Below, piece by piece: positions 11,342-23,469 of a stretch of 50,527 bases of DNA. The notes beneath the pieces were generated by a model. That model searched no databases. It saw nothing but the letters and a program-made list of their open reading frames with translations, and had not been told where the DNA came from. The position numbers and the translations under genes are program-made. Each line of letters begins with the position of its first letter. Positions within the stretch are counted from its first letter, which is position 1. Source of the stretch: Octopus bimaculoides (taxonomy: Eukaryota); assembly GCF_001194135.2 (NCBI RefSeq), contig NC_068991.1, positions 21,886,618 to 21,937,144 on the forward strand, written 5' to 3'.

Positions 11342-12673
11342 CTATGGGGATCAACAAATAAATAAAATTAGGGTTCAGGTTGTGTAGTGTATACAGAGTG
11401 CAAGTAAAATAACTACCATATTTGAAAACCAAAATTGAAGTAAAGCAAATACCAATTAAACAAGTCGTTCTCATCATCATCAACATCATCACTATCACCA
11501 ACACCACAACCACCTTCATTTTATGTCTACTTTCAACGCTCACATAAATTGGGATGGGTTATCATAATCCAAGTCATTTTTATTTGGAGTTACCACTCCT
11601 CTAGATGGATTGGAGGATTGTGTCTTGCACATATTTCATTTTGGTTTGTCTTGTTCAAACCCCTTTCTAACACCAGCCACTTTACATCGAGTATTTGGTG
11701 CATTGTCATGATGCCAGTATGAGAGATGTTGAAATGTCCGCAACAAGATTGAAGGGTCCTCTCAAATTTATATCATCTCCACTCATTTGTTAAGGACTTC
11801 ACAGAGTGTACTGACTGCATTTTAATGTGATACCAGCACTAGTGAGGTTGCCTTGTAGCCTCCAAGACCAAAAAGTGTGATCATCATCACTGTCATTGTT
11901 TTAGTATCCATTTTTCCATGCTTGCATGGGTTAGATGGAATTTTATTGAAGTACATTTTCTATAGCTGGATGCCCTTCCTATTGCCAACTGTTTCCAAGC
12001 AAGGTAATATTTTCCCCTGTCTGGACATGTTTTCACAGAAGACTGGAAACAAACAACACTGCTTCTATGACAGTGACACTTGCTTACAACTATCATGTGA
12101 TGTCAAAACAAGGAGACACACACACACAATAGTCTTTTTTCACTTTCCATTTAACAAACTCACTAATAAGGCTCTGATCAGCCTGAGGCTATAATAAAAG
12201 TAATATATCTCTATAGATGAAGGCAGTGATTGGCAGAACTATTAGCACATTGGTAAAAAATGCTTAACGGTATTTCTTCTGGCTCTGTGTATGGAGTTCA
12301 AATTCCATAGAGGCTGACCTCATCTTTTATATTTTCAAAGTGGATAAAATAGGTTTTAGTTGAGCACTAGAATCAATGTAATCAGTTAGGCCTAGCACTA
12401 AAATTTCAAACCTTGTACTTAGAACAAAAAGCATGTCTCCATACTTTCTCTTTCTCTCACACGCACACACAAAATGCAAGATAGACTGAGGAGTGTCCTC
12501 TGCTTTTTCAGCTCTTAGAGTTACTGCTACCCTACACAGAGAGCTAGTAATGCAACTTACAAAGTTCATATCAGACTCATAAATTCAGTTTTCCTTATCT
12601 ATCAGCAAGTAAATAAAGGAATTAATTATAAAATAATTATGAAGAAATATTTCTAGCCTCGCCCTAAAAACAA

Positions 12674-12848
12674 TATTTGGAGGACCAGCAAAGGGGAATG
12701 TGGTCACTTGACATGCTTAGGTATAGCAGGGAAATCACTCCCAAATCAAACCATGCCATCTTAAATAAAGAAGCACGGATGAGAAAATCTCTGATATACT
12801 AAAAGACTGGATTGCCATGGTTGGAATACATCTGATAATATATCTGTT
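12674..12848. repeat. 175-bp direct repeat, copy 1
   Basis: Matches 13745-13919 except for 2 substitutions, by eye alignment. Confidence 0.9.
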
Positions 12849-13193
12849 TGATCAAGATTGACCTGAAGCTAAACAACAGCAGCAATAACATACAACTATT
12901 TTGGAGCAGTAATCCAAAATTGAATCTTTTATTGGTTAACCCTGCAAGCTTTGTTACCCCTTCAAGTTTAAAGACTCACAATTATTTTATAATAATTTAT
13001 AAAGAAATATTTCTTTATATGGAAAGCAGGCACAATGATTTTTACTCCCAGTTACCCCAAAGGTCACAAATCTCTGCGTGTATTCTCTCTCACATACGTA
13101 CACATATTCTCTTTCACACACACATATGTATACACATGCAAGCACGCACACACACTCACACGCGCACGCACGCATGCATGCACACACATACAC

Positions 13194-13300
13194 CTGTTAC
13201 CACTGAAACAACAGGAATTGTGGCTAATTCTCGCTTAGGGCTAATTATAACTAACAGTGTAACAATACCCAGAAATAAATGGGGAGGGATTAAGTACATC
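13194..13300 (-). CDS. Candidate upstream exon (MYLIPPHLFLGIVTLLVIISPKRELATIPVVSV[VT])
   Basis: Strong acceptor ttaattccttctcttctacAG|. Two possible donors: 13201 (gtaaca, phase 0) and 13194 (CAG|gtgtat, phase 1, in frame with 11341). Could be 5' UTR. Confidence 0.3.
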
Positions 13301-13744
13301 CTGTAGAAGAGAAGGAATTAAGAAATGAAATCGAGTTATAAGAACAATGGCAATAATAACAAAATGGCAACCAACAAACACAACAAAACTTTAAAAATAC
13401 AAGCAGCAGGATGCAAGAAAATTTCTATACAAACAGATCAAAGAAAAAAGATGCAAACACACACAAACATATTCTCACTCAATGTCTTTTCTCATGCATA
13501 TACTCTCTATCTCTCTCACTCACATACGCACTCACTTTCTCTCTCTCTCACTCACATACACACTCACTTTCTCTCTCTCTCACTCACATACACACTCACT
13601 TTCTCTCACACCCACTCTGTCTCACACACATGTTCACTCTCCTACACACACACTCTCTCTCTCTCTCTCATATATGCACAAGCCCGCTCATACGTACACA
13701 TGCTCAGTCACAGAATAATAAATATTCTCTTTTACTCTTTTACT

Positions 13745-13919
13745 TATTTGGAGGACCAGCAAAGGGGAATGTGGTCACTTGACATGCTTATGTATAGCAG
13801 GGAAATCACTCCCAAATCAAACCATGCCATCTTAAATAAAGAAGTACGGATGAGAAAATCTCTGATATACTAAAAGACTGGATTGCCATGGTTGGAATAC
13901 ATCTGATAATATATCTGTT
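13745..13919. repeat. 175-bp direct repeat, copy 2, fused directly to a family-A SINE 3' fragment (13920-14040)
   Basis: See copy 1. The junction ...atctgtt|cggcaaaagagac shares gtt with the SINE's ggttcggc. Confidence 0.85.
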
Positions 13920-14267
13920 CGGCAAAAGAGACTGATAGGATAAGTACTAGGCTTACAAAGAATAAGTCCTATGGTTAATTTGTTTGATTAAAGGCAGTGC
14001 TCCAGCATGGCTGCCGTCAAATGACTGAAACAAAAGAATATTGTTATTGTTGTTATTATCATTAAGACAGCAAGCCAACAAAATCATTAGCATTCCAGAC
14101 GAAATGCTTAGCAGCATTTTGTCTCTCTTTATGCTCCGAGTTCAAATTCTGCCAAGGTTGACTTTGTCTTTCATCCTTTCACAATTGATAAAAATAAGCA
14201 CCAGTGAAACAATGGGGTTGATGTATTCGACTACAAAATTTCACATCTTGTACCTTTAGTAGAAAGG

Positions 14268-14305
<38 letters not shown>

Positions 14306-16451
14306 GTTCTGATTTCGATTTCTGCTGAAGTTGGGTTTGCCTTTCATCTTTTTTGGGGTTGATAAATTAAGTACCAGTTGAACACTGAGGTCAATGTAAT
14401 CAACTGCCTTACCCCTCAAATACGCTAACCTTGTGCTAAAATAAGGATCATTATCATCACCATCACTATCATCATCATTGTCACCAATAGGGTGGTGGAT
14501 TGGTAGAATCGCCAAAGCATCAAGAACAAAATGCCTTGCAGTATTTCTTCAAATCCAACAAAGACCTACTTCAACTTTCATTCCTCTAGAAGTTGATAAA
14601 ATGAAATATTAGGCAAGTACTAGGGTTTAGAGAATTACTAATTCCCTTCCCCTCAAAAATTACAGGTCTGAGCCTGAATTTAAAGCAATTATCATGATTA
14701 CCCGTGAGGGTGCATGGCTTAGTGGTTAGGGTGTTGGACTCGTGATCATAAAATTGTCGCTTCGATTCCTGGACCAGGCAATGTGTTGGGTTCTTGAGCA
14801 AAATACTTCATTTCACATTGCTCCAGTCCATTCAACTAGTAAAGATGAGTAATCCTGTGCGAGACTGGAGTCCCATCCAGAGAGGAATATATATATATGC
14901 CAGAGAAACTAGGAAACCAGCCTCACTGCTCCTTATGGAGTAATATGGACTAACCATCACCTTTGCCTCAGTAAAGACCAATGATGTGTGTGTGGTGAGG
15001 TCACTTTAGCTTCACTTATGACATATAAAACAATAACATCAGTGAATCCCTTCAAATCATTCCTTTAACAAGAGTTAAATTCTAACAATGTAAAACAAAT
15101 GATCAAAATGAGTCAATGAAAAAAACTTAATTTTACAAAAAAAAATCACTCATTGTCTTAAATAAAAAAGGATACACCAGAGAGTGTAGGCACTGATCCA
15201 AAAAAAGGACAGGATGGTTATGACTTCAAGGTTTTTGATCATAGGTTTGCCCATTAAAGGTTAACCAAGAGCTAAACAAAATAATCACCACCAAGTAATA
15301 AATCTTTACATTTAATTTGTGTTCATGGGAAGAACCATTTCAACGATGCGTACTGCCTTAATTCTTCGAAACGCCAGTGTTTTAATGGTGGCAGCTGATG
15401 AAGGAGATGTTTCTATGTGGCTTGCTTGTTTGTTGCACCTTGTTTATCATTTTGTCCATGTTCTTTTGCCACGTCATGTACCCAGTTTTGTATCTATATG
15501 TACATGTAGATGAAGGTATGTACATACATGTACACACATATATATATATATATATATNNNNNNNNNNNNNNNNNNNNNNNNNNNNNNNNNNNNNNNNNNN
15601 NNNNNNNNNNNNNNNNNNNNNNNNNNNNNNNNNNNNNNNNNNNNNNNNNNNNNNNNNNNNNNNNNNNNNNNNNNNNNNNNNNNNNNNNNNNNNNNNNNNN
15701 NNNNNNNNNNNNNNNNNNNNNNNNNNNNNNNNNNNNNNNNNNNNNNNNNNNNNNNNNNNNNNNNNNNNNNNNNNNNNNNNNNNNNNNNNNNNNNNNNNNN
15801 NNNNNNNNNNNNNNNNNNNNNNNNNNNNNNNNNNNNNNNNNNNNNNNNNNNNNNNNNNNNNNNNNNNNNNNNNNNNNNNNNNNNNNNNNNNNNNNNNNNN
15901 NNNNNNNNNNNNNNNNNNNNNNNNNNNNNTTAAGTGAATGATTAAGTGAGAGTGAACTTTCTTAATTAGTTACATAAAAAAATCAGCAGTTGTTTTTATC
16001 TGCTACACTTTGGAGTCTAAATCACCAGTTGCAATCATTACTTAATTAGTAAGGTGTGACATTCTCTTGGCACTAGACAGCAAGAAGGTCAACTGCAATT
16101 AAAAGTTAATGGCTAAATTTAAATGTTCGAGATATCAGTGCACAAAGGGTGTTTTCTGTGTCGGGTCACACATTCTAATTATAGTATACTTTCATTACTG
16201 AAAAGTGGAAAAAAAAAAAAAAAATACAACTTAGGAAGTTTTTGTTTTTTTTAATTCATGAGATATATGCAAAACAAGAATCAGAAGAATAATGTATCCA
16301 TTCATAATACATTTTGGCAGATTCAAATGTGACTATCTGATCGCTGTTGTATTTTATCGTAAGAAAATACCTTCTCCCCCTGGAGGATTTGTTTCCATAA
16401 TACACTTCACTGATACATGAGGACTTTATGACACTGAGGTATTTCACATAT

Positions 16452-16672
16452 CTGGTAAGTTCAGTGTCATTCACTGTAGGGCAAGTTCCCCGTCATCAAT
16501 TCACTGCAGGGTAAGTTCATCATCATCAATTCACCAGTTTTTTTTGGGGGTTTTTTTTCAATAAAGCAGTTTTTTACTATTAATGGCGAAATATTATGGA
16601 TATATTTTCTCAGTATGCTTTACTCACAGTGAACTTTCTTCATGGTGAATTGATGGCAGTGAACTTACCTGT
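16452..16672. mobile_element. Small fold-back/MITE-like element with GGTAAGTTCA...tcaattcacc terminal and subterminal inverted repeats
   Basis: ggtaagttca at about 16454 and 16510; the reverse complement ggtgaattgatggcagtgaacttacc at about 16644-16669. Confidence 0.5.
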
Positions 16673-17931
16673 AATTGGTATTTCAACCTTTTGGTATGTC
16701 TCTTCAGTCAAAACTACCATTGGATCAATGAATCTAATAAGTGTACTGGCTTTTGTTTAAGGAACTCAGGATAAAAATTATTCGCTGAAGCATGTTGTCT
16801 ATCAAACACCAAACTGATAATTATTCACGGGGTGCACACACAGCAGTAAGAATCCAAACAATAACATACATACTCATTCTAAATTCATTTTAGCAGGTTC
16901 AAACAAGAATATGCTGACTGATGTATTTCATCACCACAGAACATCTCCCTTCAGGTGATGTATGTTCATAACACACAAGATTCTCTGATGTAAGGAGACT
17001 GAGACATTTCTGCATTTCAATTGTATTGCATGCCTCTTCAATAAAAGAGTAAAATTGTGGAGTGTTGATTGGTCTCATTCTCTGGACCTTGAAGAGCTTA
17101 GTCAATCAAATACAGGAATTTGTATCACAGAACTAAGGACAGTTTCAGGTGTAATTGTATCAAAAAGGTTAGTTCAGTGAAATGCAATAAACAGTTGAGT
17201 CACATGATCAACACAAATTAGAAAAAAATTCATATGTAGCATCCTAAAATGGCTGTGGTTCAATGAATGAGACCAATGAATAAAAAAAGAATAAAGGAAT
17301 ATATTTCAGGTGCAATGAATTAAAATTCACTGATGACAATTAACTGCTGCTTTAATTAGCAATTTCTTTAATTCATCTTGATAACACTAAAACTCTAGGG
17401 ATGTTTGTGTGTAACTGAAATATCTCAGAAATAGTATATTTTATCTTAATTTTTTTTACATATTTATTTTCATAATTACCTTCAGCAGTGCAGTACAAAT
17501 TTTTGTGACATTTGGACCTCTATTTAAATGATTAAACATAATTTTTGTTATTTCTTGATGAAAAAATATACATGGCTTCCATGACGTCAATACACATACA
17601 GAATACACACACATATAACGAATGTCATGGCGTGTCAATCAACACCAACACACATCCACGATCTGTGACATAACACACACATAGTCTTCAAGCTAAGAAT
17701 TTTTTTAAAAAAACAACTTTTTGACGTACACAATATTTTAATCATTTAGAAATATTTTTAACTGAATGCGATTTCATCATCCAGAGTTTGTTAATTTCCG
17801 TAAAAAATTATGTAAATATGTATATATATGCATACATCTTTTTTGCATGTACATGTGCATGTATGTGTGAGACAGTGTGAGTGAGTAAGCATGTGTGTTC
17901 TCATGTATGTGTAAGTGGCACATTCCCTCCT

Positions 17932-17964
<33 letters not shown>

Positions 17965-18497
17965 TCCACACACACACACGTATATTTCATATACATGTTC
18001 ATACATCTTTCACTTTCTCCTCTCTTTCACTTTACAACAAAAGAAACAGGTGATTTTCAGGATAAAAATTGTTAAAAAAAAAAAAGCTTCTACTCATGTA
18101 AATTGATTACTATTGTTTGGATAGTTCTAATTAAATAAAACCAGAAGTTAGGTTAAATATATATACATGCATAAGTACCGTGAATTCCCATTCTACAAAA
18201 AGGCAAACAATTCTGTGAATACGTTACTGGGCAACGTTGGGTAGTAAGTCTAGTGACGTATAAAAATAGATTTCATCTCAAAATAGCTGACATTCCCTAA
18301 TTTATACAACATAGTTCAACAACTGTTTTTTTCCATATATTGTCATTGATGCTGTTGTTTAGAGTATTATCTGTTATGAATATGCTAATCTATGTATTTT
18401 GTCATCAGAGAACATCTCAAGTAGACTTTTGATCAATGCAGTTCAATTGTGATAATATCAACTTTAATTTGGATATTATTAGTGTATCTAAGTGTAT

Positions 18498-18884
18498 GTG
18501 TAGGCGCAATGGCCTAGTGGTTAGGGCAGCGGACTCGCGGTCATAGGATCGGGGTTTCGATTCCCAGACCGGGCGTTGTGAGTGTTTATTGAGCAAAAAC
18601 ACCTAAAGCTCCACGAGGCTCCGGCAGGAGATGGTGGCGAACCCTGCTGTACTCTTTCACCACAACTTTCTCTCACTCTTACTTCCTGTTTCTGTTGTGC
18701 CTGTAATTCAAAGGGTCAGCCTTGTCACACTGTGTCACACTGAATATCCCCGAGAACTACATTAAGGGTACATGTGTCTGTGGTGTGCTCAACCACTTGC
18801 ACGTTAATTTCATGAGCTGGCTGTTCCGTTGATCGGATCAACTGGAACCCTTGACGTCGTAAGCGACGGAGTGCCAACAAAAAA
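18498..18884 (+). mobile_element. Family-D tRNA-derived SINE with 12-bp TSD
   Basis: Head ggcgcaatggcctagtggttagg...ggtttcgattccc (A/B boxes). TSD atctaagtgtat at 18486-18497 and 18885-18896. Confidence 0.85.
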
Positions 18885-20043
18885 ATCTAAGTGTATATAT
18901 TATCCTTCAGTTTTATTTACGGGGAAGATTTGGCCACTTCTCAACAGGTTGAGAAGGATCACCTAGGTAGAAAAATAAGCTAAGTTGTACAAAAGCATTG
19001 ATGACAATTCAAAACCACCATGACCTGGAAGAAGAAAAAAAAAGCCAAGAGTTGAGAACAGCGGAGAAAAGTTGTTGACAGCCTATGATCTACAGAGAGT
19101 AAAGGGATTAAATAAATGAGATATTTGTCCACCAAAATAGCCAGTGAAAGTCACTTTATTACATCACCAAGACAACCAGTAGTATTTATCCCCACTGCTA
19201 GAACAAACAGTGCTGTGGTAGTTACCATGAGGGAAACTCTCATATTGGCTTTTGGTGCAAAATGCACTCTTGTTTATATTGCTAGCAGGGAGATAAAATC
19301 CCTGCCACCTCCAGCACCAAGACCACCAGATCACATGATTTTGACCTTCCTTGGTCTTGTCTATGATGGACACTTGACTACCGAAGATAGCAACGATTCA
19401 TCTCCTCACCAGCTATATACAGAATAACAGTGCCAGAACAGACGCTGGTGCTGCAATTAGCCAGTGAGCTTTTTATAGCCAGTAGTATAATTCTGTTCAC
19501 TGAAAGAGCCAGTGAAGGTGGTTTCATAGTTTGAAGTTCCTGTTTCTGACCTAAAACAACAACAAACTATCCATACAATATCACTTTCCACCATCACCCA
19601 AACTCCACTCTTACCATCCAGTTTATGTGTCAATATGCTTATAAAACAATACTATAATGGTGATGATGATGATGGCCAACTGGGAGTGGAGTCATATGTC
19701 ATCATCTCTCCCAACTTGTTATTTTTACTGTCCCTATTTCATTATTATTATTATTATTATGCTTTCTTTATTGGCCTACATAGAACATACAGGGACAAAA
19801 ATAGAAATCACAAACAGGGTGGGGAGGGATAATAAAATAATGGAAGTTGTAGAAATAGAAGTGTGTTCCATAAAATATACTAGTCTTTTATCCTTCAAGG
19901 ATTGATAAAATAAATAACAGTCAAATATAAAGAAAGAGGAAGAGATCAATTTAATTAGCTGTTTTCTCACCCAAATTTTGCAGGCCTTGTACTTATGTTA
20001 GAAAGTCATTTTTACCATTAATCAACTTAACCCATAAACTGCA

Positions 20044-20175
20044 ATAGGCCACCTCAGTGGCCAACGCGACAGTGTGATAGGCCACCTCAGTGGCCAACGC
20101 GACAGTGTGATAGGCCACCTCAGTGGCCAACGCGACAGTGTGATAGGCCACCTCAGTGGCCAACGCGACAGTGCG
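20044..20175. repeat. 33-bp tandem repeat x4 (ataggccacctcagtggccaacgcgacagtgtg) with an internal GGCCAC/GTGGCC hairpin
   Basis: Units start at 20044, 20077, 20110 and 20143. There are no unique spacers, and a degenerate fifth unit follows. Confidence 0.95.
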
Positions 20176-20416
20176 ACAGGTCATGTGCGTGGCCATGGAA
20201 GTAGGTCATGATTTGACCTAATTTTGATGATGTATAATGTATGCACACGATACCCTTTCACCCCAGAAACAGTGTAGCCAGTCACAGAAAATGTTAAGAA
20301 ACACTGAGTATTTTTTTTCGAGTAATAGATCGATGTTGATCTTTACCCAAAATAGGCTCAGCAGTTCGTGTTACATACAGCAAAAGGGTTAATATAGATG
20401 TATTGTTAGAACACCA

Positions 20417-20620
20417 AATACTGACTGCATTATTTACCTTGTGAGGACCTCTTTTATGTACACATGGAGCATAAAAGCACACATATTTATATGGCTGGCA
20501 GATGAGAATTGTCTGCCTGGGTGCTGGACGAGTCTCATTTGCCAGCAATATAAATATGTGCTTTTCTGCACCATGCATCCATATGACAAAATGTCCTCTC
20601 AAGGCAAATAATGCTGTATT
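20417..20620. repeat. Imperfect palindrome of about 200 bp (old MITE or fold-back)
   Basis: aaaagcacacatatttatatggctggcagatgagaattgtc pairs with gacgagtctcatttgccagcaatataaatatgtgctttt; outer matches extend to aatac/gtatt. Confidence 0.75.
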
Positions 20621-20721
20621 CAATGCTGTAACAATACATCCATGTTAAATTAAATATAAAGATTGCCTTTTGGTATTAATTCTGCTTTGTTTCTAATAAT
20701 TATTTTTTAATTCTTATTAGT

Positions 20722-21017
20722 AGGCGCAAGAGGGAAACTGAAAGAAGCCCGTCGTATATATGTATATGTGTATATATATATATATGTGTGTGTGTGTTTG
20801 TGTGTCTGTGTTTGTCCCCCAACATTGTGTGACAACCAATGCTGGTGTGTTTACGTCCCTGTAACTTAGCGGTTCGGCAAAAGCGACCAATAGAATAAGT
20901 ACTAGGCTTACAAAGAATAAGTCCTGGGGTCGATTTGCTTGACTAAAGGCAGTGCTCCAGCATGGCCGCAGTCAAATGATTGAAACAAGTAAAAGAGTAA
21001 AAAAGAGTAAAAGAGAG
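20722..21017 (+). mobile_element. Family-A SINE, 5' truncated or internally deleted
   Basis: Body and tail match 10670-10918. Confidence 0.8.
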
Positions 21018-21734
21018 TATATGAAGAGAAATGTAAGAAACTTTGGACAAAATGCCTTGTGGTGGTATTAATTACATTATTTTGTATTTTGAGTTCAAAT
21101 CTAACCAGAAGTTTATAAAATAAGTAGCCTGTCAGATACTGGGGTCAGTTTAAAGAAGTAAATTCTCAGCCATTCCTCCACCTAGTCTTTTGTATATGTT
21201 TGTAGCCATTATATAAAATTCAAATTTTATATAAAATTCCAAGTAGACTGGGAGAACTCTTAGAGCATCAGACGAGATACCTTGCCATCTTTGTTCTGCC
21301 TCTGTACGTTCTGAGTTCAAATCCATCGAACTCAACTTTGCCTTTCATCTTTTCAGGGTCGATGAAAAAAAGAGTACTAGTCTAGTACAAGGATCAATGG
21401 TACTGACTAACCCCGTCCCAAATTTCAGACCTTGTGTTTATGCTAAAAAGAATCATTATTATTATTATTGTTAGTATCATCATCATCTTTCAGCTCTTTA
21501 CATTCTGAGTTCAAATTCCATCAAGGTCAACTTTACTTTTTCATAGAAACAGTTTTAAATTTTGGTACATGGCCTTAATTTTAGGGGGAGTGGAGTCAAT
21601 CAATTACATCAACCTGCAGTATTTGATAACTGGTACTTTACTTAATGACTCTGAAAGGATGAAAAGCAGGGTTCAGTCCCACTGCGTGGCACCTTGGGCA
21701 AGTGTCTTCTACTATNNNNNNNNNNTACTCTTTG

Positions 21735-21775
<41 letters not shown>

Positions 21776-21817
21776 CATTTTATTATGGCTGCTTTATATA
21801 ACATGTCCTATTTCTCT

Positions 21818-22256
21818 AAGCAGGCTGTGTCTTCCAGTTCGACAAAAGAAACTTGTCCACGTGCTAGCATTTACTAAAACTTTAGGATCTGGAATTAAGT
21901 GATGTGGTGGAATGTAAAAAGAATGTGCGATCTTTGAGTTACACCTAACTTGCATCTCTTTGATCCATTTATATATTCTCCACGATTCTCCATTTGGTTA
22001 TATGTGGTGTGCATTTGGTCTTCAGATCTCATACATATCTAGCCAAAGTAATGGCTTCATTTTCATTAATTTGGTCGGAAAGAAGACTGATAGTTTGCGG
22101 GGCAACTTTATGAGCTTCCTTTCGCATAAACCGACGTAATTTTTTTCTCAGGTATGTTATCTTGGAGCAGTGTAGTAACAATTCGGCTTCATAAACAACT
22201 GCGTTTATCTAACATGTCTGATTAAGCGGGCAAGCTTCAGGGTTGCTACACATTGA
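21818..22256 (-). pseudogene. Decayed Penelope-like element GIY-YIG endonuclease C-terminal region
   Basis: Manual translation across frameshifts and stops gives CSNPEACPLNQTC..VVYEA, NYVGLCE, TLARYV*DLK..KWRIV, YINGSKRCKL and LNSRS..KC.H..KFLL. This matches the motif order of PLE GIY-YIG domains that have an upstream Cys-rich segment. Confidence 0.75.
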
Positions 22257-22465
22257 TAAAAATAAAGCTAATGCATACATTCACACGTATAAATACGTGT
22301 GTATACTTGTGTATTCATTTACGTGTATACACACACACACACACATATATATATGCGCATGAGTGCGGCACCTAAGGCAAATGTCTTCTACAGCCACGGG
22401 CCGACAAAGTTTTGTGAGTGGATTTGGTAGATGGAAACTGAAAGAGGCACATCGTGTATATGTAT

Positions 22466-22512
<47 letters not shown>

Positions 22513-22829
22513 TGTAACTTATAGCGAGGGATTATCAATCCAGGCTCTCTGTTGTCACAGCAGGCTAACAATATTATTTAGATTAGTGAAGAACTCCAGG
22601 TAATCTTTTGGTAGGGTCCAAGGTTAGTGCACATCACAATTCTATATTGTAAATCCGATAGAATAAGTACTAGGCTTACAAAGAATAAGCCCTAGAGTCA
22701 ATTTGCTCGACTAAAGGCGGTGCTCCAGCATGGCCGCAGTCAAATGACTGAAACAAGTAAAAGAGTAACCAAAAGAAATGTTGTTAAGTATTTCTCCAAC
22801 ACTAATGATTCTGCTAGGTCACCACCTTA

Positions 22830-23370
22830 ATAATAATGATTTTTGAGGTGAAGGGTGAGCTGATTACATCAACTGCCGTGCTCAACTGGTACTTATTTTA
22901 TCAAACCAAAAGGATGAAAGGCTAAGTCAACTTTGGTGGCATTTGAACTCGGAACATAATAAGGCCAGAAGAAATTCTGCTAAGCATTTTGTCCAGTGTG
23001 CTAACAATCCTGCCAGCTCCCCACCTTTCAAATTTTGACACAAGGCCAGTAATTTTGGAGGAGGGGATAAGTCAATTATAGTGACCCCCAGCACTCAACT
23101 GGAAGTTATTTTATCAAAACCAAAAGAAAGGCAAAGTCAACCTCGATAGAATTTCAACTCAGAACAATAATAATGGTTTCAAATTTTTGCATAAGGCCAG
23201 AAATTGGAGGAGGGGGTAAGACAATTGTATTGATGCCAGTGCTCGACTGATACTTATTTCATCGACCCCTGAAAGGATGAAAGGCAATGTCAACCTTGGT
23301 AGAATTTGAACTCAGAATTTAAAGACACATGAAATGCCACTAAACATTTTGTCTGGCATGGTAACAATTG
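22830..23370 (-). mobile_element. Tandem cluster of degenerate family-B SINE fragments; a similar cluster lies at 35345-36075
   Basis: Repeated actggtacttatttt...aaggatgaaaggcaaagt...tttgaactcagaa blocks. Confidence 0.65.
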
Positions 23371-23469
23371 TGCCTGCTTACCTTAACAGTGGTAATAAAA
23401 ATACCAAGATTTCATCATCCATATATTTTAGAACTGATCACATATCACAACACTGGCACACCAAAACTT

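Noticed and set aside
12561-12598. 38-nt minus-strand segment with a gtaagt donor
   Set aside because: Stops in all frames; at most a UTR exon, with no support.
16256-16474. ORF with a PH-domain-like ending (FESAKMYYEWI)
   Set aside because: Weak acceptor derived from a fold-back terminus, no partner exon, and similarity too short to trust.
16899-17105. 68-aa minus-strand ORF in unique sequence
   Set aside because: No convincing splice sites or recognisable motif.
18501-18575. tRNA gene (also 42456-42527 and 9857-9930)
   Set aside because: No complete cloverleaf with an acceptor stem; each runs into a SINE body with a tail or TSD.
19116-19427. Overlapping ORFs on both strands; faint Helitron helicase-like words (INKS, FPHG)
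   Set aside because: Motif spacing is wrong and there are no splice signals; possibly decayed TE but unassignable.
20044-20175. CRISPR-like palindromic repeat array
   Set aside because: No unique spacers, no cas genes, eukaryotic context; it is a plain tandem repeat.
20294-20623. 109-aa minus ORF with an apparent donor
   Set aside because: It coincides with the palindrome, whose symmetry explains the sites; no domain similarity.
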